Assembly (NCBI GenBank): GCA_044226775.1
Contig: JBGAGI010000007.1
Span: 275,879 to 339,878, forward strand
DNA: 64,000 nucleotides
Origin: Rubrivivax sp.
Lineage (GTDB): Bacteria > Pseudomonadota > Gammaproteobacteria > Burkholderiales > Burkholderiaceae_C
Reading direction: 5' to 3'
The stretch's first letter is position 1; each line of letters begins with the position of its first letter. Made by a program: the position numbers and the translations under genes. This document shows, piece by piece, positions 54,045 through 63,347 of this stretch. Below the pieces are notes generated by a model, which searched no databases, was not told where the DNA came from, and was given only the letters and a program-made list of their open reading frames with translations.

Positions 54045-55220
54045 TCAGCGCGCGGCCGAGGCCGGCGGCGCGCTGGCCGAGGCCACCGCAGCGGCGGCCG
54101 CGCCGGGCTTGGCGAACTCGAACTTCTGCCCGTCGGCCAGCGTGCCGCCGGGGTTGCGCAGGATGCGGTCGCCGGCCTTCAGGCCCTGCAGCACCAGCAC
54201 CTCGCCGCTGCGCGGGTCGCGCTCGCCGATGCGCAGCGTCGTGCGCGCCAGCGTGCCGTTTTCCGCCAGGCGCCAGACGCGCGCGTTGTCGCCGTCGCGC
54301 ACGAGCGAGCCTTCGGGCAGCGTGAGCGCTGCGCTGCTGCCGGTCTCGATGCGGCCTTCGGCGAAGAGCCCCGCCACGCGCGGCGCCGAGGCCGGCGTGT
54401 CGAAGCCGACGATCACCTCCACCTGCCGCGTGGTGGCGTTGGCCGCGGCGTCGATGCGCCTCAGTTTGCCGGCCAGGTCGCCGCCGCCGAAGCCATTGAC
54501 GCGGAACACCACCGGCTGGCCGAGCTTCAGCTCGCCCATGCGGTCGGCCGAGACCAGGCCCTCGAATCGCATGCTGCGCGGGTCGATCACCTTCAGCAGC
54601 TCCTTGCCCACCTGCACCGTGTCGCCCACCGAGGCCTTGCGCTCGACCACCACGCCGTCGAAGGGCGCGCGCACGTTGGTGCGCTGCTGCTGCTGGCGCG
54701 CCGCGACGACGCGCGCCTTGGCCGCCACGAGGTCGCTTTGCGCGTTGTTGCGCCGCACCTCGGCGTCTTCCAGCGCCTGAGTGGAGCTCATGCCCTGCGC
54801 CTGCAGCGTCTTGAAGCGCTGCACCTGGCGCTCGGCCTGCTCGAAGGCCTGCGTCAGCGCGCGCACCGATTCCTCGGCCGAGGCGAGCTGGTCACGGATC
54901 GAGGTGTCGTCCAGGCGCATCAGCATGTCGCCGGCGCGCACCTGGTCGCCGTTCTCCTTGAGCACCTGCATCACCACGGCGGCCACCTCGGCGCGCAGGT
55001 CGGCCTTGCGCTCGGGCTGGACCGAGCCGGTGATCACCGGGCCGCTGGACAGCTGGCTGGCCTTGACCGTCAGCAGGTCTTCGGGCGCCAGCAGCAGCAC
55101 CGCGGGCGCAGCGGCCGATGCGGCACCGGCCGCGGCCTTGCCGGGGCCGGCGCCGGGGCCGCCGCGGTTGCAGGCGGCCAGCGACAGCGCCAGCAGGATC
55201 AGGGGGAGCAGAACACGCAT
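54045..55220 (-). CDS. RND periplasmic adaptor (MFP) lipoprotein, 391 aa
   Basis: Lipobox LAAC; G..V..GD.L; APFDGVV...G..V..G; RIDAAANATTR; start MRVLLP at 55220. Confidence 0.92.
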   Translation of the reverse strand: MRVLLPLILLALSLAACNRGGPGAGPGKAAAGAASAAAPAVLLLAPEDLLTVKASQLSSGPVITGSVQPERKADLRAEVAAVVMQVLKENGDQVRAGDMLMRLDDTSIRDQLASAEESVRALTQAFEQAERQVQRFKTLQAQGMSSTQALEDAEVRRNNAQSDLVAAKARVVAARQQQQRTNVRAPFDGVVVERKASVGDTVQVGKELLKVIDPRSMRFEGLVSADRMGELKLGQPVVFRVNGFGGGDLAGKLRRIDAAANATTRQVEVIVGFDTPASAPRVAGLFAEGRIETGSSAALTLPEGSLVRDGDNARVWRLAENGTLARTTLRIGERDPRSGEVLVLQGLKAGDRILRNPGGTLADGQKFEFAKPGAAAAAVASASAPPASAAR

Positions 55221-55361
55221 GGATCGGCGGGCCCGCCTCCGCAGCCCCGTCCTGTCGTTTTGGAAAGGCGCGAGGTTATCGTGCCGGCGCGACGCGGCAA
55301 GACCCGGTGCGACGAAACGGCGCCGGCGTGGCGCCAGCGGCAAACGCGGCGCGCAGCCGGT

Positions 55362-56342
55362 TCAGCCCTTCGCAGGCCTGCGGCGCAGGGCCGCCAGCAG
55401 CTCGCCGACGAAGCCGCGCCGGAAGCCCACGACGCAGACGACGAAGATCGCGCCGATGATCACCGTGACCCAGGAGCCCACCCGGTCGGCCAGGAAATTC
55501 TGCAGCCCGATGATCGTGAAAGCCCCCAGCACGGGCCCGGCGAAGGTGCCCATGCCGCCCAGCAACGTCATCAGCACCACCTCGCCCGACAGCGACCAGT
55601 GCGCATCCGACAGCGTCGCAAAGCCCAGCGCGATCGTCTTCAGCGAGCCCGCCAGACCCGCCAGCGCCGTGGACAGCACGAAGGCCAGCAGCTTGTAGCG
55701 GTCGACGTCGTAACCCAGCGAAACCGCGCGCGGCTCGTTCTCGCGGATCGCCTTGAGCACCTGCCCGTAGGGCGAATGCACGATGCGGATGACGCCGGCG
55801 AAGACGGCGACGAAGGCCGCCAGCACGACGAAGTACATCACGCGGTCGTTCTGCAGCGGGATGAGGCCGAACAGATGCCCGCGCGGCACGCCCTGCAGCC
55901 CGTCCTCGCCGCCGGTGAAGGGCGCCTGCAGCCAGACGAAGTAGACCATCTGGGCCATGGCCAGCGTGATCATCGCGAAGTAGATGCCCTGGCGGCGGAT
56001 GGCGATGAAGCCCACCACCGCGCCCAGCGCCGCGCCGGTGAGCATGCCGGCCAGCACGCCCAGCTCCGGCGACCAGCCGGCCGAGCGCACCAGCCAGCCG
56101 GTGACGTAGGCCGCCGCGCCCAGGTAGGCCGCGTGGCCGAAGGACAGCAGGCCGGTGAAGCCCAGCAGCAGGTTGAAGGCGCAGGCGAAGATCGCGAAGC
56201 ACAGCGCCTTCATCATGAAGACCGGGTACAGGCCGATGAAGGGCGCGGCCACCAGCACCGCCAGGCCGGCGATCCAGGCCAGGCGCGACAGGCGGGCCAG
56301 GCGCGCGTCGGCGGCGGAAGAAGCGGAAGAGGCGGCGTCCAC
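55362..56342 (-). CDS. Branched-chain amino acid-type ABC permease (LivM-like)
   Basis: FNLLLGFTGLLSFGHAA, YFAMITLA, TGGEDG, IRENE.RA..LGY; GTG start 56342. Confidence 0.92.
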   Translation of the reverse strand: MDAASSASSAADARLARLSRLAWIAGLAVLVAAPFIGLYPVFMMKALCFAIFACAFNLLLGFTGLLSFGHAAYLGAAAYVTGWLVRSAGWSPELGVLAGMLTGAALGAVVGFIAIRRQGIYFAMITLAMAQMVYFVWLQAPFTGGEDGLQGVPRGHLFGLIPLQNDRVMYFVVLAAFVAVFAGVIRIVHSPYGQVLKAIRENEPRAVSLGYDVDRYKLLAFVLSTALAGLAGSLKTIALGFATLSDAHWSLSGEVVLMTLLGGMGTFAGPVLGAFTIIGLQNFLADRVGSWVTVIIGAIFVVCVVGFRRGFVGELLAALRRRPAKG

Positions 56343-56344
56343 CC

Positions 56345-57229
56345 TCACTTCTCCTTGCCGAACAGGCCGGCGGGGCGGATGACGAGCACGATGGCCATGA
56401 TCACGAAGACGACGATGCTGGAGGCCTCCGGGTAGAAGACCTTGGTCAGGCCCTCGACCAGCCCGAGCGCCAGGCCGGTGATGATGGAGCCGAGGATCGA
56501 GCCCATGCCGCCGATCACGACCACGGCGAAGACGACGATGATCAGGTTGCTGCCCATCAGCGGCGTGATCTGGATGACCGGCGAGGCCAGCACGCCGGCC
56601 AGCGCCGCCAGGCCCGCGCCGGCGCCGTAGGTGAGCATCACCATCATCGGCACGTTGACGCCGAAGGCCTGCACCAGCGCCGGGTTCTCGGTGCCGGCGC
56701 GCAGGTAGCTGCCCAGCCGCGTGCGCTCGATGATCCACCAGGTGGCCAGGCACACCACGAGCGACGCGAACACCACGAAGCCGCGGTAGTTCGGCAGCAC
56801 CATGAAGCCGAGGTTGGTGGCGCCCTGCAGCAGCTCGGGCACCGGCACCTGCTGGCCCGAGACGCCGAACTGGTCGCGGAAGATGCCTTCGGCGATCAGC
56901 GCCAGGCCGAAGGTGAGCAAGAGGCCGTAGATCGGGTCGATCTTGTACAGCTGCTTGAGCAGCGTGCGCTCGATGGCCACGCCCAGGGCGCCGACGATGA
57001 TGGGCGCGATCAGCAGCGACCACCAGAAGCCGATCTCGAACTTGTCCATCGCCAGGAAGGCGACGTAGGCGCCGATCATGTACAGCGCCCCGTGCGCGAA
57101 GTTGACGATGCCCAGCAGCCCGAAGATGACCGCCAGGCCCAGGCTCAGCATCGCGTAGAACGAGCCGTTGACCAGGCCCAGCAGCAACTGGCCGAGAAAG
57201 GCCTGCAGCGGGATGCCAAATATCTCCAT
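56345..57229 (-). CDS. Branched-chain amino acid-type ABC permease (LivH-like)
   Basis: GLVNGSFYAMLSLGL..IFG..G.VNFAHG, FAVVVIGGMGS. Confidence 0.93.
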   Translation of the reverse strand: MEIFGIPLQAFLGQLLLGLVNGSFYAMLSLGLAVIFGLLGIVNFAHGALYMIGAYVAFLAMDKFEIGFWWSLLIAPIIVGALGVAIERTLLKQLYKIDPIYGLLLTFGLALIAEGIFRDQFGVSGQQVPVPELLQGATNLGFMVLPNYRGFVVFASLVVCLATWWIIERTRLGSYLRAGTENPALVQAFGVNVPMMVMLTYGAGAGLAALAGVLASPVIQITPLMGSNLIIVVFAVVVIGGMGSILGSIITGLALGLVEGLTKVFYPEASSIVVFVIMAIVLVIRPAGLFGKEK

Positions 57230-57230
57230 C

Positions 57231-57313
57231 AGACCGAGCCCCCAAGCTCCCTAACGGTCGCGGCCCCCCAAGGGGGCGCGTTGCGACGGACCGGCGGAGC
57301 CGGATCCGTGCAA
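57231..57313 (+). repeat. REP-like intergenic palindromic element, copy A
   Basis: GCCCCCAAGCTC (57238-57249), CCCCC-AA-GGGGG hairpin, CGGACCGGC-GGA-GCCGGATCCG hairpin; core shared with copies at 59.3 and 62.5 kb. Confidence 0.7.
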
Positions 57314-57338
57314 CTGCTCGGTCGAACGGCCGACCGCA

Positions 57339-58544
57339 TTACTTCCACGCCGCGCACTTCGATTCGGCCTTGGTCGTCCAGGCCTCCTCGCCCTTGAAGG
57401 TCTGCACCACGTTGTAGTAGTCCCAGGGCTCGGTGGACTTGGCGGGCTCCTTCACCTGCATCAGGTACATGTCGTGCACCATGCGGCCGTCGTCGCGGAT
57501 GAAGCCGCCCTTGGCGAAGATGTCGTTGACCTTGGTCTTCTTCATCTGCGCGAGCACCTTGTCGGCGTCGTCGCTGCCGGTGGCCTTCACGGCCTGCAGG
57601 TAGTTCAGCGCGGCCGAGTAGTCGCCGGCCTGGATCGAGGACGGCATGCGCTTGATCTTCTCGAAGAACTTGCGGCTCCAGGCCCGCGTCTCGGCGTCGC
57701 GGTTCCAGTACCAGCTGTCGGTCAGGTACATGCCCTGCGTGGTCTTCAGGCCCAGCGAGTGGATGTCGTTGATGAAGACCAGCAGGCCGGCCAGCTTCAT
57801 CGTCTTGGTGATGCCGAACTCGTTGGCCGCCTTGATGCTGTTGATGGTGTCGCCGCCGGCATTGGCCAGGCCCAGGATCTGCGCCTTGCTGCCCTGCGCC
57901 TGCAGCAGGAAGGAGGAGAAATCGCTGGCCGACAGCGGATGCTTCACCGAGCCCACGACGTTGCCGCCGGCGGCCTGCACCACCTTGGTGGTGTCGGCCT
58001 GCAGCTGGGCGCCGAAGGCGTAGTCGGCGGTGAGGAAATACCAGCTCTTGCCGCCCTGCTTGACGACCGCGTTGCCGGTGCCCTTGGCCAGCGCCACCGT
58101 GTCGTAGGCCCAGTGCACGGTGTAGGGGTTGCACTGCTCGTTGGTGAGCGCCGAGGTGGCGGCGCCGATGGCGATGAAGAGCTTCTTCTTCTCCGCCGCC
58201 ACCTTGGCCATCGCCAGGTTGGTGCCGGAGTTGGTGCCGCCGATCAGCAGGTCCACGCCGGCGGTGTCGAACCACTCGCGCGCCTTCGCCGCGGCCACGT
58301 CGGCCTTGTTCTGGTGGTCGGCGTACATCACCTCGACCTTCTTGCCGTTGACCGCGCCGCCCATGTCGGCCACGGCCATGCGGATGGCCTCGACGCCGGC
58401 GCTGCCATCGATGTCGGAGTACAGGCCCGACATGTCGGTGATGATGCCGATCTTGATCACGTCGCCCGAGATCTGGGCATGGGCGGGCGCCAGCGCCGCG
58501 GCGCAGGCCAGCGTGCAGGCGGCGGCAATCGTCTTGAGCTTCAT
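57339..58544 (-). CDS. ABC transporter substrate-binding protein (LivJ/K-like), 401 aa
   Basis: Signal peptide ending AHA-Q; KIG.ITDMSG, DHQNK.D, DYAFG, GRMVHDMYL. Confidence 0.93.
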   Translation of the reverse strand: MKLKTIAAACTLACAAALAPAHAQISGDVIKIGIITDMSGLYSDIDGSAGVEAIRMAVADMGGAVNGKKVEVMYADHQNKADVAAAKAREWFDTAGVDLLIGGTNSGTNLAMAKVAAEKKKLFIAIGAATSALTNEQCNPYTVHWAYDTVALAKGTGNAVVKQGGKSWYFLTADYAFGAQLQADTTKVVQAAGGNVVGSVKHPLSASDFSSFLLQAQGSKAQILGLANAGGDTINSIKAANEFGITKTMKLAGLLVFINDIHSLGLKTTQGMYLTDSWYWNRDAETRAWSRKFFEKIKRMPSSIQAGDYSAALNYLQAVKATGSDDADKVLAQMKKTKVNDIFAKGGFIRDDGRMVHDMYLMQVKEPAKSTEPWDYYNVVQTFKGEEAWTTKAESKCAAWK

Positions 58545-58587
58545 GGTGGGAACCTCCGTGGTTTCGTGGTCAGGATGGCGCGTGGGA

Positions 58588-59292
58588 TCACACGCCGAGA
58601 TATTCGTGCAGGCGCTCCATGCGCGACGGCAACTCGGCCTGCGTGAAGGACTGGATCACCTCGCCGTGCTCGACGACGAGGAAGCGGTCGGCCAGCGGCG
58701 CGGCGAAGCGGAAGTTCTGCTCCACCATCACGATCGTGTAGCCCTGCTGGCGCAGCATGCGCACGGTCTCGGCCAGCTTCTGCACGATCACCGGCGCCAG
58801 GCCTTCGGAGATCTCGTCCAGCAGCAGCAAGCGTGCGCCGGTACGCAGGATGCGCGCCACCGCCAGCATCTGCTGCTCGCCGCCTGAAAGCCGCGTGCCC
58901 TGGCTGGCGGCGCGCTCCTTCAGGTTCGGGAACATCGCGTAGATCTGCTCGACGCTCATGCCGCCTTCGGCCAGCTGCGGCGGCAGCATCAGGTTCTCCT
59001 CGGCCGAGAGGCTGGAGAAGATGCCGCGCTCCTCCGGGCAGTAGCCCAGGCCCAGGCGTGCGATGCGGTGGGTAGGCATGCCGATGGTCTCGATGCCCTT
59101 GACCTTCACGCTGCCCTTGCGGCTGCCGATCAGGCCCATGATCGCGCGCAGCGTGCTCGTGCGCCCGGCGCCGTTGCGGCCCAGCAGCGTGACCACTTCG
59201 CCTTCGTCGACGCGGAAGCCGATGCCGTGCAGCACATGAGACTCGCCGTACCAGCCGTGCAGGTCCTTGACCTCGAGGAAGGGAGCCGCCAT
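58588..59292 (-). CDS. ABC transporter ATP-binding protein (LivF-like)
   Basis: GRNGAGRTS Walker A variant, LSGGEQQMLA, LLLLDE. Confidence 0.93.
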   Translation of the reverse strand: MAAPFLEVKDLHGWYGESHVLHGIGFRVDEGEVVTLLGRNGAGRTSTLRAIMGLIGSRKGSVKVKGIETIGMPTHRIARLGLGYCPEERGIFSSLSAEENLMLPPQLAEGGMSVEQIYAMFPNLKERAASQGTRLSGGEQQMLAVARILRTGARLLLLDEISEGLAPVIVQKLAETVRMLRQQGYTIVMVEQNFRFAAPLADRFLVVEHGEVIQSFTQAELPSRMERLHEYLGV

Positions 59293-59365
59293 GTCAGTCC
59301 CGCCGGGCCGTCCCAAGGGACTGATCGCCCCCCTGGGGGGCAGCGAAAGAAGTGAGCTTGGGGGC
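59293..59365 (-). repeat. REP-like intergenic palindromic element, copy B (inverted)
   Basis: GAGCTTGGGGGC (59354-59365) is the reverse complement of GCCCCCAAGCTC; C6-T-G6 hairpin; GTCCCAAGGGAC hairpin. Confidence 0.7.
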
Positions 59366-59370
59366 CAGCA

Positions 59371-60144
59371 TCAATGCGCGCCCTTCAGCTCGGTGTTCGC
59401 GCTGCCCATGTAGGCCTCGATCACCGCCGGGTCCTTCGAGACCTGCTCGTAAGGCCCTTCGGCCAGCGTGGCGCCGCGCTGCAGAACCGTGATGGTGTCG
59501 GCGATGCTGGAGACCACGCTCATGTTGTGCTCGACCATCAGCACCGTGCGGCTGGCCGCCACGCGCTTGATGAGCTGGCGGATGCGATCCACGTCTTCCA
59601 GGCCCATGCCCTGCGTGGGTTCGTCCAGCAGCATCAGCTGCGGCTCCATCGCCAGCGTGGTGGCGATCTCCAGCGCGCGCTTGCGGCCGTAGCTCAGCTC
59701 CACCGCCTGCAGCGGCGCGTATTCGGCCAGGCCCACCTCGGCCAGCAGCGCCAGCGCGCGCTCATTGAGGCTGGCCAGCGAGCGCTCGGAGCGCCAGAAC
59801 TGGAACGAGGTGCCCAGCTTGCGCTGCAGCGCCACGCGCACGTTCTCCAGCACCGTGAGGTGCGGGAACACCGAGGAGATCTGGAACGAGCGGATCACGC
59901 CGCGGCGCGCGATGTGCGCGGGCGACTCGGCCGTGATGTCGTGGCCGTCGAAGAGGATCTGGCCCGAGGTCGGCGTGAGGAACTTGGTCAGCAGGTTGAA
60001 GCAGGTGGTCTTGCCCGCGCCGTTGGGGCCGATCAACGCGTGGATGCTGCCGCGGCGCACCTTCAGGTCGACCTTGCTGACGGCGACGAAGCCCTTGAAC
60101 TCCTTGGTCAAGGCCCTCGTCTCCAGGATGGTCTCTTGGCTCAT
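59371..60144 (-). CDS. ABC transporter ATP-binding protein (LivG-like)
   Basis: GPNGAGKTT, RSFQ, LSYG.KR.LEIA, LLDEP, VEH; start MSQETIL at 60144. Confidence 0.93.
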   Translation of the reverse strand: MSQETILETRALTKEFKGFVAVSKVDLKVRRGSIHALIGPNGAGKTTCFNLLTKFLTPTSGQILFDGHDITAESPAHIARRGVIRSFQISSVFPHLTVLENVRVALQRKLGTSFQFWRSERSLASLNERALALLAEVGLAEYAPLQAVELSYGRKRALEIATTLAMEPQLMLLDEPTQGMGLEDVDRIRQLIKRVAASRTVLMVEHNMSVVSSIADTITVLQRGATLAEGPYEQVSKDPAVIEAYMGSANTELKGAH

Positions 60145-60349
60145 GTGCGGCGGAAATCTTAAGCGGCGGTCCGTGGCGCGGACGCCGCACGGCGCTGCTC
60201 CAAAACCCGCATGCAAGAGGCCCCGGCCGTCCCAGATCGTGGGAGCACGCGCCCCGATGCGGGGCACGGGCATGGCGGGCACGGCCACGCGGGTATACAA
60301 ACGCCTGATGCCGGTGCAACCGGCCACGACACGACGGAGACGAGACACC

Positions 60350-61351
60350 ATGCAAAGACGAAGCCTGCTGCGCGCCGGCGCCGCATTGACCGCCCTGCCC
60401 GCCCTTCCCGCGCTCTTGCCCACGGCCCGCGCGCAGGACGTCTGGCCGAGCAAGCCCGTGAAGCTGGTCTGCCCGTTCCCGGCCGGCGGCACGAGCGACA
60501 TCATGGCGCGCATGATCGCCGCGCCGCTGGGCAAGGAGTTCGGCCAGCAGTTCGTCGTCGAGAACATCGGCGGCGCGGGCGGCACCATCGGCACGCTGCG
60601 CGCGGTGCAGGCGGCGCCCGACGGCTACACCATCATCCAGACCGGCGTCGGCCAGAACGCGGTGGCCCACGGGCTTGACCCGAAGCTCGGCTACGACTCG
60701 ATGCGCGACTTCATCCACCTCGCGCAGGTGCACACCGGCCCGAACGTGCTCGTGGTGCACCCGGACCAGCCCTTCAAGAGCTTCGGCGAGCTGCTGGACT
60801 ACATCCGCAAGAACCCCGGCAAGCTGAACTACGGCTACACGCACGCGGCCTCGGGCCACATGGCGATGGAGCTGCTCAAGCAGGTGGGCGGCGTGGGCGG
60901 CAAGCCGCTGTACATCGTCGGCATTCCCTACCGCGGCGGCGGCCCGATGATGCAGGACCTGCTGGGCGGCCAGATCCCGATGATGTTCATCAACCAGGAC
61001 GTGGCCCTGCCGCACGTGAAGGCCGGCAAGCTGCGTGTTCTGGCCGTCACCAGCGCGCAACGCAACCCGCTGTACCCCGATACGCCCACCATCGCCGAAG
61101 GCGGCGTGAAGGGCTACGAGGCGCTGAGCTGGTCGGGCGTCTCGGCGATCAAGGGCACGCCGCAGCCCATCGTCGACAAGCTCGAGGCGGCGATGAAGAA
61201 GATCATGGGCAGCGCCGAGATCAAGCAGCGCCTCGAATCCGTGGGCTTCGTCGTGCCGCCGCAAGGCGGCGCGGCCTACGCGAAGTTCATCAAGAGCGAG
61301 ATCGACCTGTGGACGCGGGTCATCCGCACCGCGGGCATCAAGACCGAGTGA
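60350..61351 (+). CDS. Bug/TctC tripartite tricarboxylate transporter substrate-binding protein, 333 aa
   Basis: Twin-Arg-like signal QRRSLL; PFPAGG.SD, VENIGGAGG.IG, PDGYT, PYRGGGP, PDTPT. Confidence 0.93.
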   Translation: MQRRSLLRAGAALTALPALPALLPTARAQDVWPSKPVKLVCPFPAGGTSDIMARMIAAPLGKEFGQQFVVENIGGAGGTIGTLRAVQAAPDGYTIIQTGVGQNAVAHGLDPKLGYDSMRDFIHLAQVHTGPNVLVVHPDQPFKSFGELLDYIRKNPGKLNYGYTHAASGHMAMELLKQVGGVGGKPLYIVGIPYRGGGPMMQDLLGGQIPMMFINQDVALPHVKAGKLRVLAVTSAQRNPLYPDTPTIAEGGVKGYEALSWSGVSAIKGTPQPIVDKLEAAMKKIMGSAEIKQRLESVGFVVPPQGGAAYAKFIKSEIDLWTRVIRTAGIKTE

Positions 61352-61365
61352 GAGAACACCGCACC

Positions 61366-62496
61366 ATGGCTGCCGACCGCATCGAATGGATCAAGCTCTC
61401 GCTGGTGATCCTCCCGCTGGCCACGCCGATCAGCGACGCCAAGGTGCTGACCGGGCGCCAGAAGCCGCTGACCGAGATCGCCTTCCTGTTCGCCGAGATC
61501 CGCACCCGCGACGGGCATGAAGGCGTGGGCTTCTCGTACAGCAAGCGCGCCGGCGGCCCGGGCCTGTTCGCCCACGGCAAGGAACTCGCACCGAACCTGA
61601 TCGGCGAGGACCCGAACGACATCCAGCGCCTGTGGGACAAGCTGTGCTGGGCCGGCGCCAGCATGGGCCGCAGCGGCATGGCCGCGCAGACCATCGCCGC
61701 CTTCGACCTCGCGCTGTGGGACCTGAAGGCCAAGCGCGCCGGGCTGCCGCTGGCCAAGCTGCTGGGGGCGCAGCGCGAATCGGTGGCCTGCTACAACACC
61801 TCGGGCGGCTACCTCTCCAGCCCGCTGGACGTGGTGCTGAAGAACGTCGAGGCCTCGCTGGAGCGTGGCATCGGCGGCATCAAGATCAAGGTCGGCCAGC
61901 CCGACATGAAGACCGACCTGGCGCGCGTGGCCGCGGTGCACAAGCTGATCGACGGCCGCGTGCACATGATGGTCGATGCCAACCAGCAGTGGGACCGCGT
62001 CGCCGCGATGCGCTTCGGCCGCGCGGTGGAGGGGCTGAACCTCACGTGGATCGAGGAGCCGGTGGACGCCTACGACGCCGAGGGCCACGCGATGCTGGCC
62101 GCGGCGCTGGACACGCCGATCGCCACCGGCGAGATGCTCACCAGCGTGGCAGAGCATGCCGAGCTGATCCGGCTGCGCAGCGTCGACTTCATCCAGCCCG
62201 ATGCGCCGCGCATTGGCGGCGTCACGCAGGCGATCAAGCTCATGGCGCTGGCCGACCACGCGCGGCTGCGCATGGCGCCGCACTTCGCGATGGAGATCCA
62301 CCTGCACCTGTCGGCCGTGTACCCGCACGACACCTGGGTCGAGCACTTCGAGTGGCTGGAGCCGATGTTCAACGAGCGGCTGAAGATCGAGGGCGGGCGC
62401 ATGCACCTGCCAGACCGCGCCGGCCTGGGCTTCTCGCTCAGCGAGCAGGCGCGGCGCTGGACCGCCGACCAGGCCGAGTTCGGCAAGAGACCTTGA
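61366..62496 (+). CDS. Mandelate racemase-family enzyme, L-talarate/galactarate dehydratase-like, 376 aa
   Basis: DRIEWIKLSL..LPLATPISDAKVLTGRQKPLTE, GFSYSKRAGG, KIKVG, DANQQW, EEP, TGE, PHFAME, EHFEW and terminal EFGKRP closely follow the Salmonella enzyme as I recall it. Confidence 0.88.
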   Translation: MAADRIEWIKLSLVILPLATPISDAKVLTGRQKPLTEIAFLFAEIRTRDGHEGVGFSYSKRAGGPGLFAHGKELAPNLIGEDPNDIQRLWDKLCWAGASMGRSGMAAQTIAAFDLALWDLKAKRAGLPLAKLLGAQRESVACYNTSGGYLSSPLDVVLKNVEASLERGIGGIKIKVGQPDMKTDLARVAAVHKLIDGRVHMMVDANQQWDRVAAMRFGRAVEGLNLTWIEEPVDAYDAEGHAMLAAALDTPIATGEMLTSVAEHAELIRLRSVDFIQPDAPRIGGVTQAIKLMALADHARLRMAPHFAMEIHLHLSAVYPHDTWVEHFEWLEPMFNERLKIEGGRMHLPDRAGLGFSLSEQARRWTADQAEFGKRP

Positions 62497-62583
62497 GCCC
62501 CCAAGCTCGCTAGCGCTCGCTACCCCCCGAGGGGGCCGTCCGCCAGCGGCCCGGCAAAGCCGGTTCCGCGGCGGGAAGCTTGG
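62488..62583 (+). repeat. REP-like intergenic palindromic element, copy C, between convergent genes
   Basis: GCCCCCAAGCTC (62497-62508), CCCCC-CGA-GGGGG hairpin, CGGCCCGGC-AAA-GCCGGTTCCG hairpin, distal AGCTTGG complementary to the left end. Confidence 0.7.
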
Positions 62584-62589
62584 CCGACA

Positions 62590-63315
62590 TCAGCGGCCGT
62601 GCTTGATCCGCCAGGCCGCGAAGGCCTCGCGATTGACCTCGTCGGTGGGCGGGTAGAGCCCGAGGATGCTCTGCCCGGCCAGCACGCGCTCGGTGACGAA
62701 GTCCTCGAAGGCCGTCATCTCGGTGGCCTCCAGCGCGACCTCGTCGGCCAGGTGCGCCGGGATCACGATCACGCCCTCGGCGTCGCCCACGACCACGTCG
62801 CCCGGCCACACCGGCGCGTCGCCGCAGCCGATGGGCACGTTGATGTCCAGCGCCTGGTGGATCGTGAGGTTGGTCGGTGCGCTGGGCCGGCTGTGGTAGG
62901 CCGGGAACGGCAGCTTCGCGATCTCGGGCGAGTCGCGGAAGCCGCCGTCGGTGACGACGCCGGCCACGCCGCGCTTCATCAGCCGCGAGACGAGGATGGC
63001 GCCGGCCGAGGCGGCGCGCGCATCCTTGCGGCTGTCGATGACGAACACCGCGCCCGGCGGGCAGTCCTCCACCGCCTTGCGCTGCGGGTGCGCGCGGTCC
63101 TGGAACACGGTGATCGGGTTCAGGTCCTCGCGAGCCGGGATGTACCGCAGCGTGAAGGCCTCGCCGACCATGTTCGGCAGCCCGGCGTTGAGCGGCCGCA
63201 CGTCCTGGATGTACTGGTTGCGCAGTCCACGCTTGAAGAGGGCGGTGCACAACGTGGCGGTGCTCACGGCCATCAGCAGGCGGCGGGTCTCGGGCTTGAG
63301 CATGGGCGTGGACAT
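62590..63315 (-). CDS. RraA-like / HMG-CHA aldolase-family protein, 241 aa
   Basis: STATL, MVGEAFTLRY, G.ILVSR...GVAGVVTDGGFRD, PGDVVVGD.EGVIVIP. Confidence 0.85.
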   Translation of the reverse strand: MSTPMLKPETRRLLMAVSTATLCTALFKRGLRNQYIQDVRPLNAGLPNMVGEAFTLRYIPAREDLNPITVFQDRAHPQRKAVEDCPPGAVFVIDSRKDARAASAGAILVSRLMKRGVAGVVTDGGFRDSPEIAKLPFPAYHSRPSAPTNLTIHQALDINVPIGCGDAPVWPGDVVVGDAEGVIVIPAHLADEVALEATEMTAFEDFVTERVLAGQSILGLYPPTDEVNREAFAAWRIKHGR

Positions 63316-63347
63316 GGGGTCTCCTCGGGGATGTGTTCGGTGCGGCT

